A DNA stretch of 64,000 nt from Macrostomum lignano (GCA_002269645.1 NIVC01000930.1:1-64000); one strand, 5' to 3'; shown: positions 11,143 to 24,697, numbered from the stretch's first letter. Program-made: numbers and translations. Notes: generated from the sequence alone by a model not told the origin.

Positions 11143-11436
11143 GACTGAAAGGTCGGGGTTCGATTCTCGACTCACTAGGAACAATTTGTGTCCTTGAGCA
11201 AGACACTTAACTCTGCAATGCTTCAGTTCACCCAGCTGTAAAATGGGTGCCAGCATTAGCTGGGGTAATTGAGGGTGTGTGGCGACCCCCTTGGACTGAA
11301 CAGCCGTACGCAGCCTTCAGATGCGCCGCGCAATAGCTGCGGCTGAGCTGTCGGTTGCTCATTCTCATCATTGCTCATCTGCTCATTAGGTATTAGGGCA
11401 GGTGTAATTAAATTAATGATTATTATATTATTATTA
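11143..11436 (+). mobile_element. tRNA-derived CORE-like SINE, copy 2, with (ATT)n-like tail
   Basis: Contains GGTTCGATTC B-box and the core-like segment, shares its 3' body with the other copies, and ends TTATTATATTATTATT. Confidence 0.8.
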
Positions 11437-11725
11437 ACTACAGGAACTCCCTCTCTCTTGCATTCCAGCTCAAAAATTGCCCCTTTAGAACGGGCGATTA
11501 GAATCCTGTTGGATTGAAAAGCATCTTATCGAGCACAATCTTATCAAATTGAACTGTTAAGAGGCTCGCCTCGGCGCTTCAAACCTGTTTCTCCCGCTTC
11601 CTGCTTTGTTCAATTCCGGTGAAGTTGTCCTCAGTTGCCGGGGGTCAAAACTTTGTTCCTCAAACCTCAAAGTGATAGCGCAGATAATTCTAGCTATTTA
11701 AAAAATCAATATTGTAAATTTAGTC

Positions 11726-14700
11726 ATGTCACACCGTCGAGTTGCCAATAATGACCCGGATTTTATCAACGAAGACGACTTTGTTGACCAGCAGCTGGTT
11801 GATGAAGATCCCATCGATGAGTCGGCTGGAGCGGGTGACGGCGGCGGCATTGTAAGTTGGGTGTCTGCGTGTTTCTGAAATTTCACTTGACTTCAAAAAT
11901 TAACTTGAGGATATGTAGTGACAACCTTGAGATTTAGGGGCCAGTGCAAGTCATTAGGGGTGAGATTTACAGACCAGTATGAGTCATTCGAGGGGTGACA
12001 CTTTAGGGACCAGTATGAGTCATTAGAGTGGTGAGATTTAGGGACCAATATGAGTCATTTGAGGAGTGAGATTTAGGGACCAATATGAGTCATTTGAGGA
12101 GTGAGATTTAGGGACCAATATGAGTCATTTGAGGAGTGAGATTTAGGGACCAATATGAGTCATTTGAGGAGTGAGATTTAGGGACCAGTATGAGTCATTT
12201 GAGGAGTGAGATTTAGGGACCAGTATGAGTCATTTGAGGAGTGAGATTTAGGGACCAGTATAAGTCATTAGGGTGTGAGATTTCAATGACATGTTAGATA
12301 TCCAGCTGAGATTTAGGCAGTCATCAAAGGTGAGATTCAACAGCTCAGGACTCCCCCATTGGCTGCCGCAGGTTGCCGAAGACCCTCCCGACGCCATGCC
12401 GCGCGAACTGCGCGTGTTCAAGCGCGCCAAGCGCCATCACCGAGTGTCCTTCCCTGGCGCCATGGCAACCGTAGTTGGCACCGGCGCGCATCATCACTCC
12501 GGCGCCCCCGAGACCAACGGCGGCTCCGTCGGTTCACCAGACGGCGGCTCAGCCTCGTCATCCGGCGGCGCCCCTGCCGTCGCTTCCGCCGCCGCGGCCC
12601 TGGGCAAGAACAGCCGGAAGAGCCGCACGGGCCTCCGCGGCCTGCCAAAGAAAGGCGGCGCCGGCGGCAAAGGCGTCTGGGGCCAGCCGGGCAGCGAGCT
12701 GGACGCTGTCGGCGTGCTGGACGAGAACGATCCGAACTATGATTCGGACAGTCAGGACACTGTCCGACTGCAGCTGACTGTGCCGAAGCTGACCATGGAG
12801 CAGTTTGAGGAGCAGTTCACTGCGCTGGTTAAGGAGTACTTTGAGCACGGCCAGGTTAAAGAGGTGGGAAATCTTCACGTTTGTGTGTTTTTTATTTTTT
12901 ACTTTACGTCTAGATAAGCATCGAGTTGTTCCAGATTTTCTCAAAATTGCATCTGAATCTCCCAAAAATGACAACTAAATCTGAAAAAATCGCATCTAGA
13001 TCTCTCGAAAAAGCATCTAGATTTTTCAAAAATGGAATCTAGATCTCTCAAAAATGGCATCTAGATCTCTGAAAAAATGGCATCTAAATCTCTCAAACGT
13101 AGCATCTAGATCTCTCAAAAATGACATCTAGATCTCTGAAAAAATGACATCTAGATCTCTCAAAAATGGCATCTAGATCTCTCAAAAATGACATCTAGAT
13201 CTCTCAAAAATGACATCTAGATCTCTGAAAAAATGGCATCTAGATCTCTCAATAATGGCATCTAGATCTCTCAAAAATGACATCTAGATCTCTCAAAAAT
13301 GACATCTAGATCTCTGAAAAAATGGCATCTAGATCTCTCAATAATGGCATCTAGATCTCTCAAAAATGACATCTAGATCTCTCAAAAAGGGCATCTAGAT
13401 CTCTCAAAAATGACATCTAGATCTCTCAAAAATGACATCTAGATCTCTCAAAAATGACATCTAGATCTCTCAAAAATGGCATCTAGATCTCTCAAAAATG
13501 ACATCTAGATCTCTCAAAAATGGCATCTAGATCTCTCAAAAAATGACATCTAGATCTCTCAAAAATGACATCTAGATCTCTGAAAAAATGGCATCTAAAT
13601 CTCTCAAACGTAGCATCTAGATCTCTCAAAAATGACATCTAGATCTCTCAAAAATGGCATCTAGATCTCTCAAAAAATGACATCTAGATCTCTCAAAAAT
13701 GACATCTAGATCTCTGAAAAAATGGCATCAAAATCTCTCAAACGTAGCATCTAGATCTCTCAAAAGTAGCATCTAGATCACTCAAAAATGACATCCAGAT
13801 CTCTCAAAAAGTAGCATCTAGATCTCTCAAAAAGTAGCATCTAGATCTCTCAAAAATGACATCCAGATCTCTCAAAAACGGCATCTAGATCTCTCAAAAA
13901 TGACATCCAGATCTCTCAAAAACGGCATCTAGATCTCTCAAAAATGACATCTAGATCTCTCAAAAATGACATCTAGATCTCTGAAAAAATGGCATCTAAA
14001 TCTCTCAAACGTAGCATCTAGATCTCTCAAAAAGTAGCATCCAGATCTCTCAAAAATGACATCCAGATCTCTCAAAAACAGCATCTAGATTTCTCAAAAA
14101 TGGAATCTAAATTTTGAAACTCTACTATAAGTAAGCTGATTCGATATGCCTCTTCAACTCGCTTCGCAGGTGATCCAGCAGCTGCGGGACCTGCGCACCA
14201 ACCCGCAGCACAGGGAGCGCATACCCTACCTGGCCATCAGTGCTAGCGTGCAGCGTAACGCTCTGCAGCGGGAGCTCACCTCCCAGCTGTTGGGCAGCTT
14301 GGTCGGCCCGGCCGTCTCCAGCGAAGAGCTCGCCCACGGATTCGACCTCTTGCTCAAGGAGGTCGACGATTTAACCATCGACCTGCCGGACGCGCCCGAC
14401 ATGATTGGAAAGTTCATCGCCAGGGCCATCGCTGATGACCTGCTGCCGCCCAAGTTCGTGGCCACCTACAAGGGCCGGGTTGATAGTGGCCACACTATGA
14501 AAGCTCTGGCCAAGGCTGAGAACCTGCTCACTATGACACATAGCATGTACTGTCTGGATAAGGTGAGGCTTGACCTCTATATGTCCTTGTTTGAATTTGT
14601 TTGTCCTTGTGACACTAGAGACTATCCAGTGTACTTTGTTGTTTGTTGTTGTTGTTGTTTGAATAGGCCCTCACTTGTTCCTGACTAAATTCTATCAAAT

Positions 14701-15523
14701 CATCACACTGACTCCCCACCCTACCTAAAGAATCGCCCCTGAATCGCTCCACCCTACCCAGAGAATCGCTCCTGACTCTCCACCTTACACAGAGAATCGC
14801 CCCTGACTCTCCCCACCCTATCCAGAGAATTGCTCTCTAAGAATCGCCACGGACTCTCCCCACCTTATCCAAAGAATCGCCCCTGACTCTCCCCACCCTA
14901 TCCAGAGAATCGCCCCTGACTCTCCCCACCCTATCCAGAGAATCGCCCCTGACTCTCCCCACCCTATCCAGAGAATCGCCCCTGACTCTCTCCACCCTAC
15001 CTCGAGAATCGCCCCTGACGAACCCCTACCCCATCCTCAGGTGTGGGGCGTTTCCGGCCACGGCCTGGCCCGTCCCACCAAGCACCTGGTGAAGAAGATG
15101 AAGCTGCTGCTGGACGAATTTCTGTCCAGCAACGACGTTGACGAAGCCGCCCGCTGCGTCAAGGAGCTGGAGGCGCCTCACTTCCATCACGAGTTGGTCT
15201 ACCAAGCCGTTGTCATGGTGATCGAGCGCAGCACCATGGAGGTGTGCCAGCGGGTCTGTCGCCTCATCGCCGCCCTGTCCGAGTCGGTGCTGCTCACCGT
15301 TGACCAGCTGGAGAAGGGCCTTCGCCGGGTGTATGCCGACATCCCGGACATTCAGCTGGACGTGCCGAACGCCTACCTGCTGCTGGAGCGATTCTGCCAG
15401 CACGCCGGCCATGTGGGCTTTCTCAGCGCTCGCCTGCAGCAGGAGATGCCCACTAAGGGTCGGAAACGGTTCGTGTCGGAGGGCGACGGAGGCTTGGTTA
15501 AGCCGCGACTGCCGCTAGTGTGA
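11726..15523 (+). CDS. PDCD4: Programmed cell death protein 4 (two MA3 domains), 497 aa, 4 exons
   Basis: Exons 11726-11851, 12372-12863, 14170-14562 and 15041-15523 are all phase 0 with GT/AG. Motifs RGLPKKGGAGGKGVWG, KEYFEHG, LEAPHFHHELVY and GRKRFVSEGDGG match PDCD4. Confidence 0.95.
11930..12290. repeat. 35-bp minisatellite in PDCD4 intron 1
   Basis: Unit GAGATTTAGGGACCAATATGAGTCATTTGAGGAGT. Confidence 0.9.
12985..14090. repeat. 22-bp minisatellite filling PDCD4 intron 2
   Basis: Unit CATCTAGATCTCTCAAAAATGA, roughly 50 units. Confidence 0.95.
14705..15020. repeat. 33-bp minisatellite in PDCD4 intron 3
   Basis: Unit TCCAGAGAATCGCCCCTGACTCTCCCCACCCTA. Confidence 0.9.
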
Positions 15524-16474
15524 GATGGGATTGATTTATTGATTGACGACCGACTCGAGGTAGTTGCTTTGGGGCGGCTTGGCATCTGGCTCAGTAGTGT
15601 GTTTGTGCGATGGGTTTTACTGCTATTTACAAGTGGTTGCTATGCGGTATTCGTGTGGTTGCTACGCCGTTCGTTGCTATGTGGTATTGGGGTAGTTGCT
15701 ATGCAGTTGCTATGCGTTATCCGGTTAGTCGCTACGCTGTTGCTATGCCACATCTGAATAGTTGCTATGGGCTATCGGTGTTGTTGTTGTGCTGTTGCTA
15801 TGCGACATCAGTATAGTTGCTATGCCGTTGCTATACGTGGTATCCTATCCGTGTAGTTGCTACACCGTTGCAATGCAGCATTGATGTCGTTTCTAGGGCC
15901 TATGGTTGCCATGCCGTTTCTATGTGGCTATTAAAAAATGGCGTCAAATTGATTTAAACCAGTCAGTCTACTTGCTGTTGGCGGTGCGGTGTTATTTTCT
16001 GAAGAGTTGCACGATTTTTAGGTTTGATGTTTAAGACTGGCCGTGTTTTCGCCATCCCATAATTTTTTGGAGTCTGGCCGACTTTTTTCCTTTTCCGTCT
16101 GTCTGTGTCGCTATGTTGTGTAAATCTCTTCCATTCGTTCATTTCTTTGTTCTCAGCACGCCTGTCTCTATAATAATATTTCTGCTAATTATTATACTAT
16201 GATATATACTGTGGTTTAGGTAATTGTTATTAACATTAATTTCTGCTTTGTTTTTTTCGCGTTACTTCGTCAATAATTTAAAACACATTAAAATGCTTTG
16301 GTTACTTCTGTTCCCCAGTATGCAGTTCCGTTGCGTGTTTCTTTTCTTTTGCACAGAATCCTTCGCGCTTCATCAGCGACCTCACTGTCTATGGCCATTG
16401 GCTCGCCCGGCATTACTGCTTTGTTATTGCTTTTATGCGTCTTGTGCTACGGCCGGCCCTTCGTGACTCATCCA

Positions 16475-17040
16475 TCGTATCTCCCATATCATATCTCCTA
16501 TCTATATCTCTCCCATATCTGTCATATCCCTGCCATCCCTATCATATCCCTCCCATCTGTCATATCCCTGCCATCTGTCATATCCCTCCCATCTGTCATA
16601 TCCCTCCCATCTGTCATATCCCTCCCATCTGTCATATCCCTCCCATCTGTCATATCCCTCCCATCTGTCATATCCCTCCCATCTGTCATATCCCTGCCAT
16701 CTCTATCATATCTCTCTCATCTCTATCATATCTCTCTCATCTCTATCATATCCCTCCCATCCCTATCATGTCTCTCTCATATCCCTCCCATCCCTATCAT
16801 GTCTCTCCCACCTCTATCACATCCCTATCCCTCAATCTCTATCATATCTCTCCCATCTCTATCATATCCCGATCCCTCCATCTCTATCATATCTCTCCCA
16901 TTTCTGTCAAATCTCTCCCATCTCTATCATATCCCAATCCTCCCATCTCTATCATATCCCAATCCCTTTCATCTCTATCATATTTCTCTGATCTCTATTA
17001 TATCCCAATCTCTCCCATCTCTATCCTATCTCTGTCATCT
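16475..17040. repeat. C/T-rich tandem repeat 3' of the PDCD4 stop (CATATCCCTCCCATCTGT-like, 18 bp)
   Basis: Units are directly visible; they produce the spurious ORFs 16298-17062 and 16435-17082. Confidence 0.9.
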
Positions 17041-17984
17041 ACTCGTACGTCAACTTATTTAATCATCATCCTTACTTTCTGAGCAGCCCCTCATTTGTAT
17101 TTTTCTGCACAGCTTCCCAATGAGCAGCAGTTTCACTTGCGTCATACTTTGGTGTCCTTTCAGCCGTACCCGGTAAACCCAGCAACATGCTGTATTTTTA
17201 GCTTGACCTCTGACCCTATTCAGCCCGTAATATGCAAAATAATAATAATAAATTGCACCTATATTTTTAAGACGCCCGGCACCTGTTCTAGCGGTTAACT
17301 AGAATGATTTATCAATTATAAATTAAGTAATTTGTACATAATTTATCTTTGTTTCTCTTAATGAAGTTATAAAACTAATATTTTGAAATTTTACCAGCTA
17401 TCTTTCTCAGCCCTTTGTTCCCCACATTTAATAATTACATAGTAATAAACACACTACTTATACGCGAGTAGCAACCCTAGCTATTAATTACTATTTAGAC
17501 TGCGGAAATCTTGTTATTTTGAAGCAGTGTGCGCTCGGTGGTTGCAAGATTCATAACAGGACTTTACTCGCCATCATCTGTGCGTGGCGTCTTCGAGCGT
17601 TTATTTTCAACCCCTGTTCTCTTTTGGTCTCTGAGTTCTTGTTCTTCTCCGCTGTGTTCCCCCCGTTGTTCAACTTTTTCCCGATTGGAAATTGAAAAAA
17701 AAATTAAAAGCAAAAATCCTGCGCTTGCACGGAACAGTGTTTGGTTTCTTCTGATGTAATATCGTTATTATAGTTACAAGAATATGAAGAATTACGTACA
17801 GCCGCCGTTTAGCAATGCTGCACCCATTAATCCCGTAATAAATTAATTATTTATCATTTATTGCCGCGAGAATATTTTTGCGCGCGAGATCAGACTGAAA
17901 AATTAATTTTTTTTATATCTGTTGAATTCCCTTGGCTTTGACATTTTTTGTTTGTTACTACTAATCGGGGCTGGGGGACAGGCG

Positions 17985-18615
17985 CTGACTGACAGACACT
18001 GAAGGAAGGCACTGACTGACCGGTACTGACTGACATGCACTGAAGGACAGACACTGACAGACAGGCACTGAAAGGCAGGCACTGACAGACAGGCACTGAA
18101 GGACAGACACTGACAGACAGGCACTGAAAGGCAGGCACTGACAGACAGGCACTGAGACAGGCAATGACTGACAGGTACTGACTGAGAGGCACTGACAGAC
18201 AGGCACTGACTGACAGGCACTGACTGACAGGTACTGACTGACAGGCACTGACTGACAGACACTGACTGACAGGCACTGACTGACAGGCACTGAAGGACAG
18301 ACACTGACAGACAGGCACTGACAGACAGGCACTGAGACAGGCACTGACTGACAGGCACTGACTGACAGACACTGACTGACAGGCACTGACTGACAGGCAC
18401 TGACTGACAGGCACTGACTGACAGACACTGACTGACAGGCACTGACTGACAGGTACTGACTGACAGGCACTGACAGACAGGCACTGAAAGGCAGGCACTG
18501 ACAGACAGGCACTGACTGACAGGCACTGACAGACAGGCACTGACTGACAGGCACTGAAAGGCAGGCACTGACAGACAGGCACTGACTGACAGGCACTGAA
18601 AGGCAGGCACTGACA
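17985..18615. repeat. ACTG/ACAGG-based compound microsatellite 3' of the SPECC1-like stop
   Basis: GGCACTGACTGACA units. Confidence 0.9.
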
Positions 18616-20150
18616 GATAAGACTAAATCGCTAAGCTGCTTGTGATCACTGTGTATCTATTAAAAATTGTAGCACACAGTGTTTGAACCTCGAAAAATGA
18701 CAAAGGCTAACAAGGGCTAACTGCGATGTTCAGCATTCATCGTAACAAAGCTGTGACCGAGTGTGAGCAGCAATACTCAGCAATATAAAAGTGACTGATT
18801 GACTCGCGAGATCAAATCGCAGTGATATAATACTATTTATTACCAGTATATTAATAGAAATAATATTTTATTGCATTTTCGCAACATATCGGCAGACAAA
18901 AATGAAACTAAAATGAATCAGTTTTGCAGCATGCAGAAGCGCCTGAAATATCATTGTCTGTTCAATAGAAGACAATAGCTGAATGACAAGAAATTACTAC
19001 GATACTACTTACCAAGCTGTGTAAGTAGTGCAGTTTGTACTACCTTAAAACCTCGAGTGACAAATAAATACATTGTCAATGCAATGTACACAATCCAACA
19101 TTGCTACTACTCGAGTATACATTGGTCGGGAGTAGCAGTAGTATAATTAGCGCATGCAGAGGCTTTAATGAAAGGGATAAAATGAATAAAAGCAGAAATT
19201 TTCACTGATCCCACAGGCTGGAAGACAAAAAAGAATGGTAGAAAAATAATTTCCCTTATCCTCTGATAATTTAATAGCCTTACAGTACTACTACTACTGG
19301 CCAGAAATTAAGTAGTGAAAGCTGCTTATAGCCAGACGGAAAAAGCAAGGCAAATCGAGGCAGGACAAGGCAAAGCCAATAAGTAGTTGAGCAATCAGCA
19401 TGCTTGTTGAATAAAACGGATCGGAGATCAAAATATTTAAAATAGTCTTTTTATCAGATTTTTAGGTGAAAAATATACAATATAATAATAAATAATAAAA
19501 TTAATTAACAAACTGGAGGTGCAGAAGGTATGATGCATTGGCATTTCTAACTAGGCAGTCTGAAAATCATATACAAGTATAACTGAAAATTGTTCTGCTC
19601 AGCTGCAATCCACTGTACGGCCTCTAGTGACGATTATGAACAGGTTACGCGCTACTGTAAGTAGGCACTTGCAACTGCATAATTTAAATCTTGAAAGAGA
19701 GAATATTTCACCTTCCCAAAACAATCGGCGTGAGGGTCAATTTGGCAAAATATTCTTATGTGGGGTCATTTGACCCCTGGCAACATTCTTTTGGGGGTCA
19801 TTTGACAAAATACGAGGGTTCTTCTGGGGTGTCATTTGACCCCCTGGCGAAATATTCTTTTGAAGGGGGTCATTTGACATCCACAAGCTTAGAAGGGGGC
19901 AAATAGATTTCTCTAAAAACAATCGCGGGTTTCTCTGTTTTACTCAACTCAATCTCCCCCCCCCCCATCTAAATCAGGTCGAGCAGAGGGGTCATTTGAC
20001 CTCCTCAAGACAATCAGAAAAAAGCTTATTTGTAGGGGGGGTCTCTTGACTCCTCAAATCACACCTGGGAGGTCAGAGCTTACATTATATACACAAAATA
20101 GGGTTCGGTAGATCCGGGGTCACTTGACCTCCCCAATAACAGGCCGCCAG

Positions 20151-23100
20151 CTATCCAGCCGCAGTCTCGAACCGGACATAAATGCTGGCCACGTAGGACA
20201 TGACGGCATTCCAGTCCGGCCGCTCCACGGACACCATATCGTCCAGACTCAGCGTAGTCTTTATCCCAGCTGACTCGGCCGCTTTGAAAGCCACCAGAAA
20301 ATTCCCGCGCTTATCCTCTGGCGTCAGCTGGGCGTAGGGCACCCGGTCCGGCAGGTAGCGGTGCAGCAGGCCGCACATCGCCATGCCGTCATTCCAGGAG
20401 CTGGAGAAGTTGGTCACCTCGGTGTGCGGGTAGCCGGCCAGGCAGCTCTGGCACCAGCGCAGCAGGCCGTTCCGCTTGGAGCCGCCGTGCCGCTTGGCCA
20501 ACTCAGCCAGGGGGTCCGCAGCGGGAGTTGAGATGCCCGACGGAGCGGCAGCCACTGAGGAGGAGCTCGCCGGGGCTGGCGACGGTCGAAGCTGACAAGA
20601 GGACTGCGGCAGCGGCTGCGGCAGCTGCGATGCGGAAGGATTTAACGGCGGCGGAGTGACGTCATGCTGGGCCGACAGGGAGGGCGACTCGTCGCGAATG
20701 GACTCCAGTGCCGTGGTGGACATGTTGGGGTAGGAGCAGCGGATGAGAGCGGACTGGCCCCAGGAGCTGCCGCTGCGGCTGAGCGGATGGCGGAGCTGCT
20801 GCTGCTGCTGTGGCTGCTGCTGCTGATCCGGATTCTGCTGAAGCTGCTGCTGCTGCTGTTGTTGCTGCTCCAGGGGAACCGTTGGAACGCTTGTGCGACG
20901 GGTTTTCACCTGGATTAATAAGTAAAACAAATGATTGATAGGCCCAAGGAAATATATTCTGACGATGTGATATCAAATCATATCAACTGGAAAGTACACC
21001 TAAAACCCATTGAAACTACACATCAAACCCACCGGAAACTACACATCAAACCCACCGGAAACTGCACCCCAAACCCACCGGAAACTACACATCACACCAA
21101 TCGGAAGCTACACCCAAAACCCACCGGAAACTACACCCAAAACCCACCGGAAACTACACCAAGAAACCCACCCGAAACTACACCCAAAACCCACCGGAAA
21201 CTACACCCAAAACCCACCGGAAACTACACACCAAACCCACCGGAAACTACACCCAAAACCCACCGGAAACTACACCAAGAAACCCACCGGAAACTGCAAC
21301 CCAAAAACACCGTAAACTACACCCCAAACCCACCGGAAACTACACCCAAAACCCACCGGAAACTACACCCAAAACCCACCGGAAACTGCACCCCAAACAC
21401 ACCGGAAACTACACCCAAAACCCACCGGAAACTACACCCAAAACCCACCGGAAACTACACCCAAAACCCACCGGAAACTACACCCAAAACCCACCGGAAA
21501 CTACACCAAGAAACCCACCGGAAACTGCACCCAAAACCCACCGGAAACTACACCCAAAACCCACCGGAAACTACACCAAGAAACCCACCGGAAACTGCAC
21601 CTAAACGCACCGGAAACTGCATCCCCAAAACTCACCGAGTCGGCAACCGCAGTCGCTGCCGCGGCAGTCGGCGGGCTGTCGGGACTCGGCCCTCGCTTCA
21701 CAGTCTCCTCAATAGAATGGATGAGAGATTTCACCTGAGTAGAAGCGGCCTGCCTCTGCTCCAATTTGCGCAGAGCCCGCATATTGGCCAGCTCTTTGCC
21801 AACTGTGCTGGCCAACTCGCGGCTGGGAAAGTCGCGTTGCTGCTGCTGCTGTTGCTGTTGCTGCTGTTGAAGCTGCTGCTGCTGCAACTGCTGCAGTTGG
21901 CTCTTCAGATGTTCGAGTTCACTACGAGCCGAAGTCAGCTCGGCCATTAATTTCCTGTTGTCCTCGCTCAGCTGGCTCCGCTCCCGAGTCCAGTCCGACA
22001 GCAGCTTCTCCGCTTCCTGCTTGACATCGTCCGCCACCTGCACTGTGCGCAGCAGGTCCTGCTCGTACGAGCGCCATTCGTCGAGCTCTTGGGCGGCTTT
22101 CTGCTCAGACTCCTGTGTGAGTATAGAAGCAGGTGTGACGATGCAATGATGCAGGAAGTTTTTGAAATCCCCCAACATGACACCGGAAATTTCCTATCTT
22201 TGAAATCCCTAAAACACCGGAAATATTCCATCATTGAATTCCCTAAAACACCGGAAATATCCTATCTTTGAAAACCCAAAACACCGGAAATATCTCATGC
22301 TTGAAACCCCCACAACACCGGAAATATCCGAACACCGGAAAAATCCCAACAACTCCGAAATTATCCAATTCTTAAACTCTCCAAAACAACGGAAATATCC
22401 TATCTTTAAAATCTCAAAACACCGGAAACATCCCATCTTTCAAATCCCAAAACATCGAAAAAATCCCATCCTTGGAATCCCTACAACACCGGAAATATCC
22501 CATCCTTGAACTCCCTAAAACACCGGAAATATCCTTTCCTTGAAATCCCAAACACCGGAAATATCCCATCCTTGAAATTCCAAACACCGGAAACATGCTC
22601 ACAGCCAGTCGAACCCGCAGGCTCTCGCAGGCAGCCTCAGATTCGGTCAGCTCGGCCTCCAGCCTCTTGGCTCGATCCGCCTCAGCTTCGGCGGCTGCCC
22701 TAGCATCGGCTGTGGCCGTCTGCTGGCTGGCCAGCGACTCGGCCAGGTTGCGTCGCTGCTCACCGGCAAGCTGCAGCTCCTGCGCCTGTTGCTGCAGCTG
22801 ATCGCGCAGCTCCGATGCAGCCTTCTCGGCTGATAGGCGAAGGTCTTGGAGCTGGCCGGTCAGCTGCAGGTTGGACTCGTCTAGGCGGCTCAGCTCCTCC
22901 TGCATCCGGGAGCGCGGGTTTCCGGGGAGATTAGAAAGGGGAAACATGGAAGACGGGGATTCAGGGGAGATGGGAAGAGAGGGGAAATGGGAAGAGAGGG
23001 GAGGGAAGAGAAGGGAGATGGGAAGAGGGGGGAGATGGGAAGAGAGGGAAGAGGAAGAAGAGAGATGGGAAGAGAGAGGAGATGGGAAGAAGGGAGATGG

Positions 23101-24230
23101 GAAGAGAGGGGGATTGGAAGAAGGGGGGTGGGAAGAAGGGAGATTGGAAGAGAGGGGAGATGGGAAGAGATGGAAAATGGGAAGAGGGGGATGGGAAGAA
23201 GGGAGATGGGAAGAGAGGGGAGAGGAAGAAGAGAGATGAGAAGAGAGAGGGGATGGGAAGAAGGGAGATGGGAAGAGAGGGGGATGGGAAGAGGGGGGTG
23301 GGAAGAAGGGAGATGGGAAGAGAGGGGAGATGGGAAGAGATGGAAAATGGGAAGAGAGGGGAGAGGAAGAAGAGAAATGGGAAGAGGGCGAAAATGGGAA
23401 GAGAGGGGAGAGGAAGAAGGGAGATGGGAATAGAGGGGGGATGGGAAGAGGGGGATGGGAAGAAGGGAGATGGGAAGAGAGTGGAGATGGGAAGAGAGGG
23501 AAAATGGGAAGAGAGGGGAGATAGGAAGAGGGGGATGGGAAAAGAGGGGAGATGGGAAGAGAGGGGAGATGGGAAGAGAGGGGAGAGGAAGAAGAGAGAT
23601 GAGAAGAGAGAGGGGATGGGAAGAAGGGAGATGGGAAGAGAGGGGGGATGGGAAGAGGGGGATGGGAAGAGGGGGATGGGAAAAGAGGGGAGATGGGAAG
23701 AGAGGGGGGATGGGAAGAGAGGGAAATGGGAAGAGAGGGGGGATGGGAAGAGAGTGGAGATGGGAAGAGGGGGAATGGGAAGAGAGGGGATGGAAATGGG
23801 TAAGAGAGAGGAAGAGAAGAGTGGGGAGATGGGGCACTAAGCTACCCCTTATCTCCATAGGAAGGTGGAGGATTTGAATGCTGGTTGCATTCTGTCGGGC
23901 CCTCACCTGAGCTCTAGACAGCTCGCACGCCAGTTTCTCCTTCTGCTCCAGCATTGACTGCAGCTCGCTGGCCGTGCTGACCGCATCGTCGCTGTTGAGC
24001 TCCTTTAACCGCTCGAAATCCGCCTTGGAGCTCTCGTACATCTGCTTGAAGCGGGCCACCTCCCGTCTGAGAGAGTTGCAGCGGCCTTCCAGCTCGATGG
24101 CCAATCGGTCCCGCTTTAACCGGTCGATTTCGTCTGACTTGGCCTGAAGTACAGTTTACAGATGTCTGTCTGTCTGTCTGTCTGTCATAGTGTCTGTCTG
24201 TCATAGTGTCTGTCTGTCTGTCTGTCATAG

Positions 24231-24286
<56 letters not shown>

Positions 24287-24306
24287 ATAGTGTCTGTCTG
24301 TCATAG

Positions 24307-24374
<68 letters not shown>

Positions 24375-24378
24375 ATAG

Positions 24379-24447
<69 letters not shown>

Positions 24448-24510
24448 GCCTGTCTGTCATAGTGTCTGTCTGTCTGTCTCTGTCTCTGTCTGTCTGTCTG
24501 TCTGTCATAG

Positions 24511-24547
<37 letters not shown>

Positions 24548-24550
24548 TAG

Positions 24551-24607
<57 letters not shown>

Positions 24608-24624
24608 GCCTGCCTGTCTGTCTG

Positions 24625-24697
<73 letters not shown>

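Noticed and set aside
12359-12777. Overlapping Arg/Ala/Pro-rich ORFs in alternative frames and antisense of GC-rich exons (also 3399-3910, 25459-26121, 41165-41587)
   Set aside because: These are shadow ORFs expected from high-GC coding exons.
20931-21950. 339-aa Thr/Pro/Lys mucin-like ORF on +
   Set aside because: It is a 23-bp intronic array plus the antisense of SPECC1-like exon 5.
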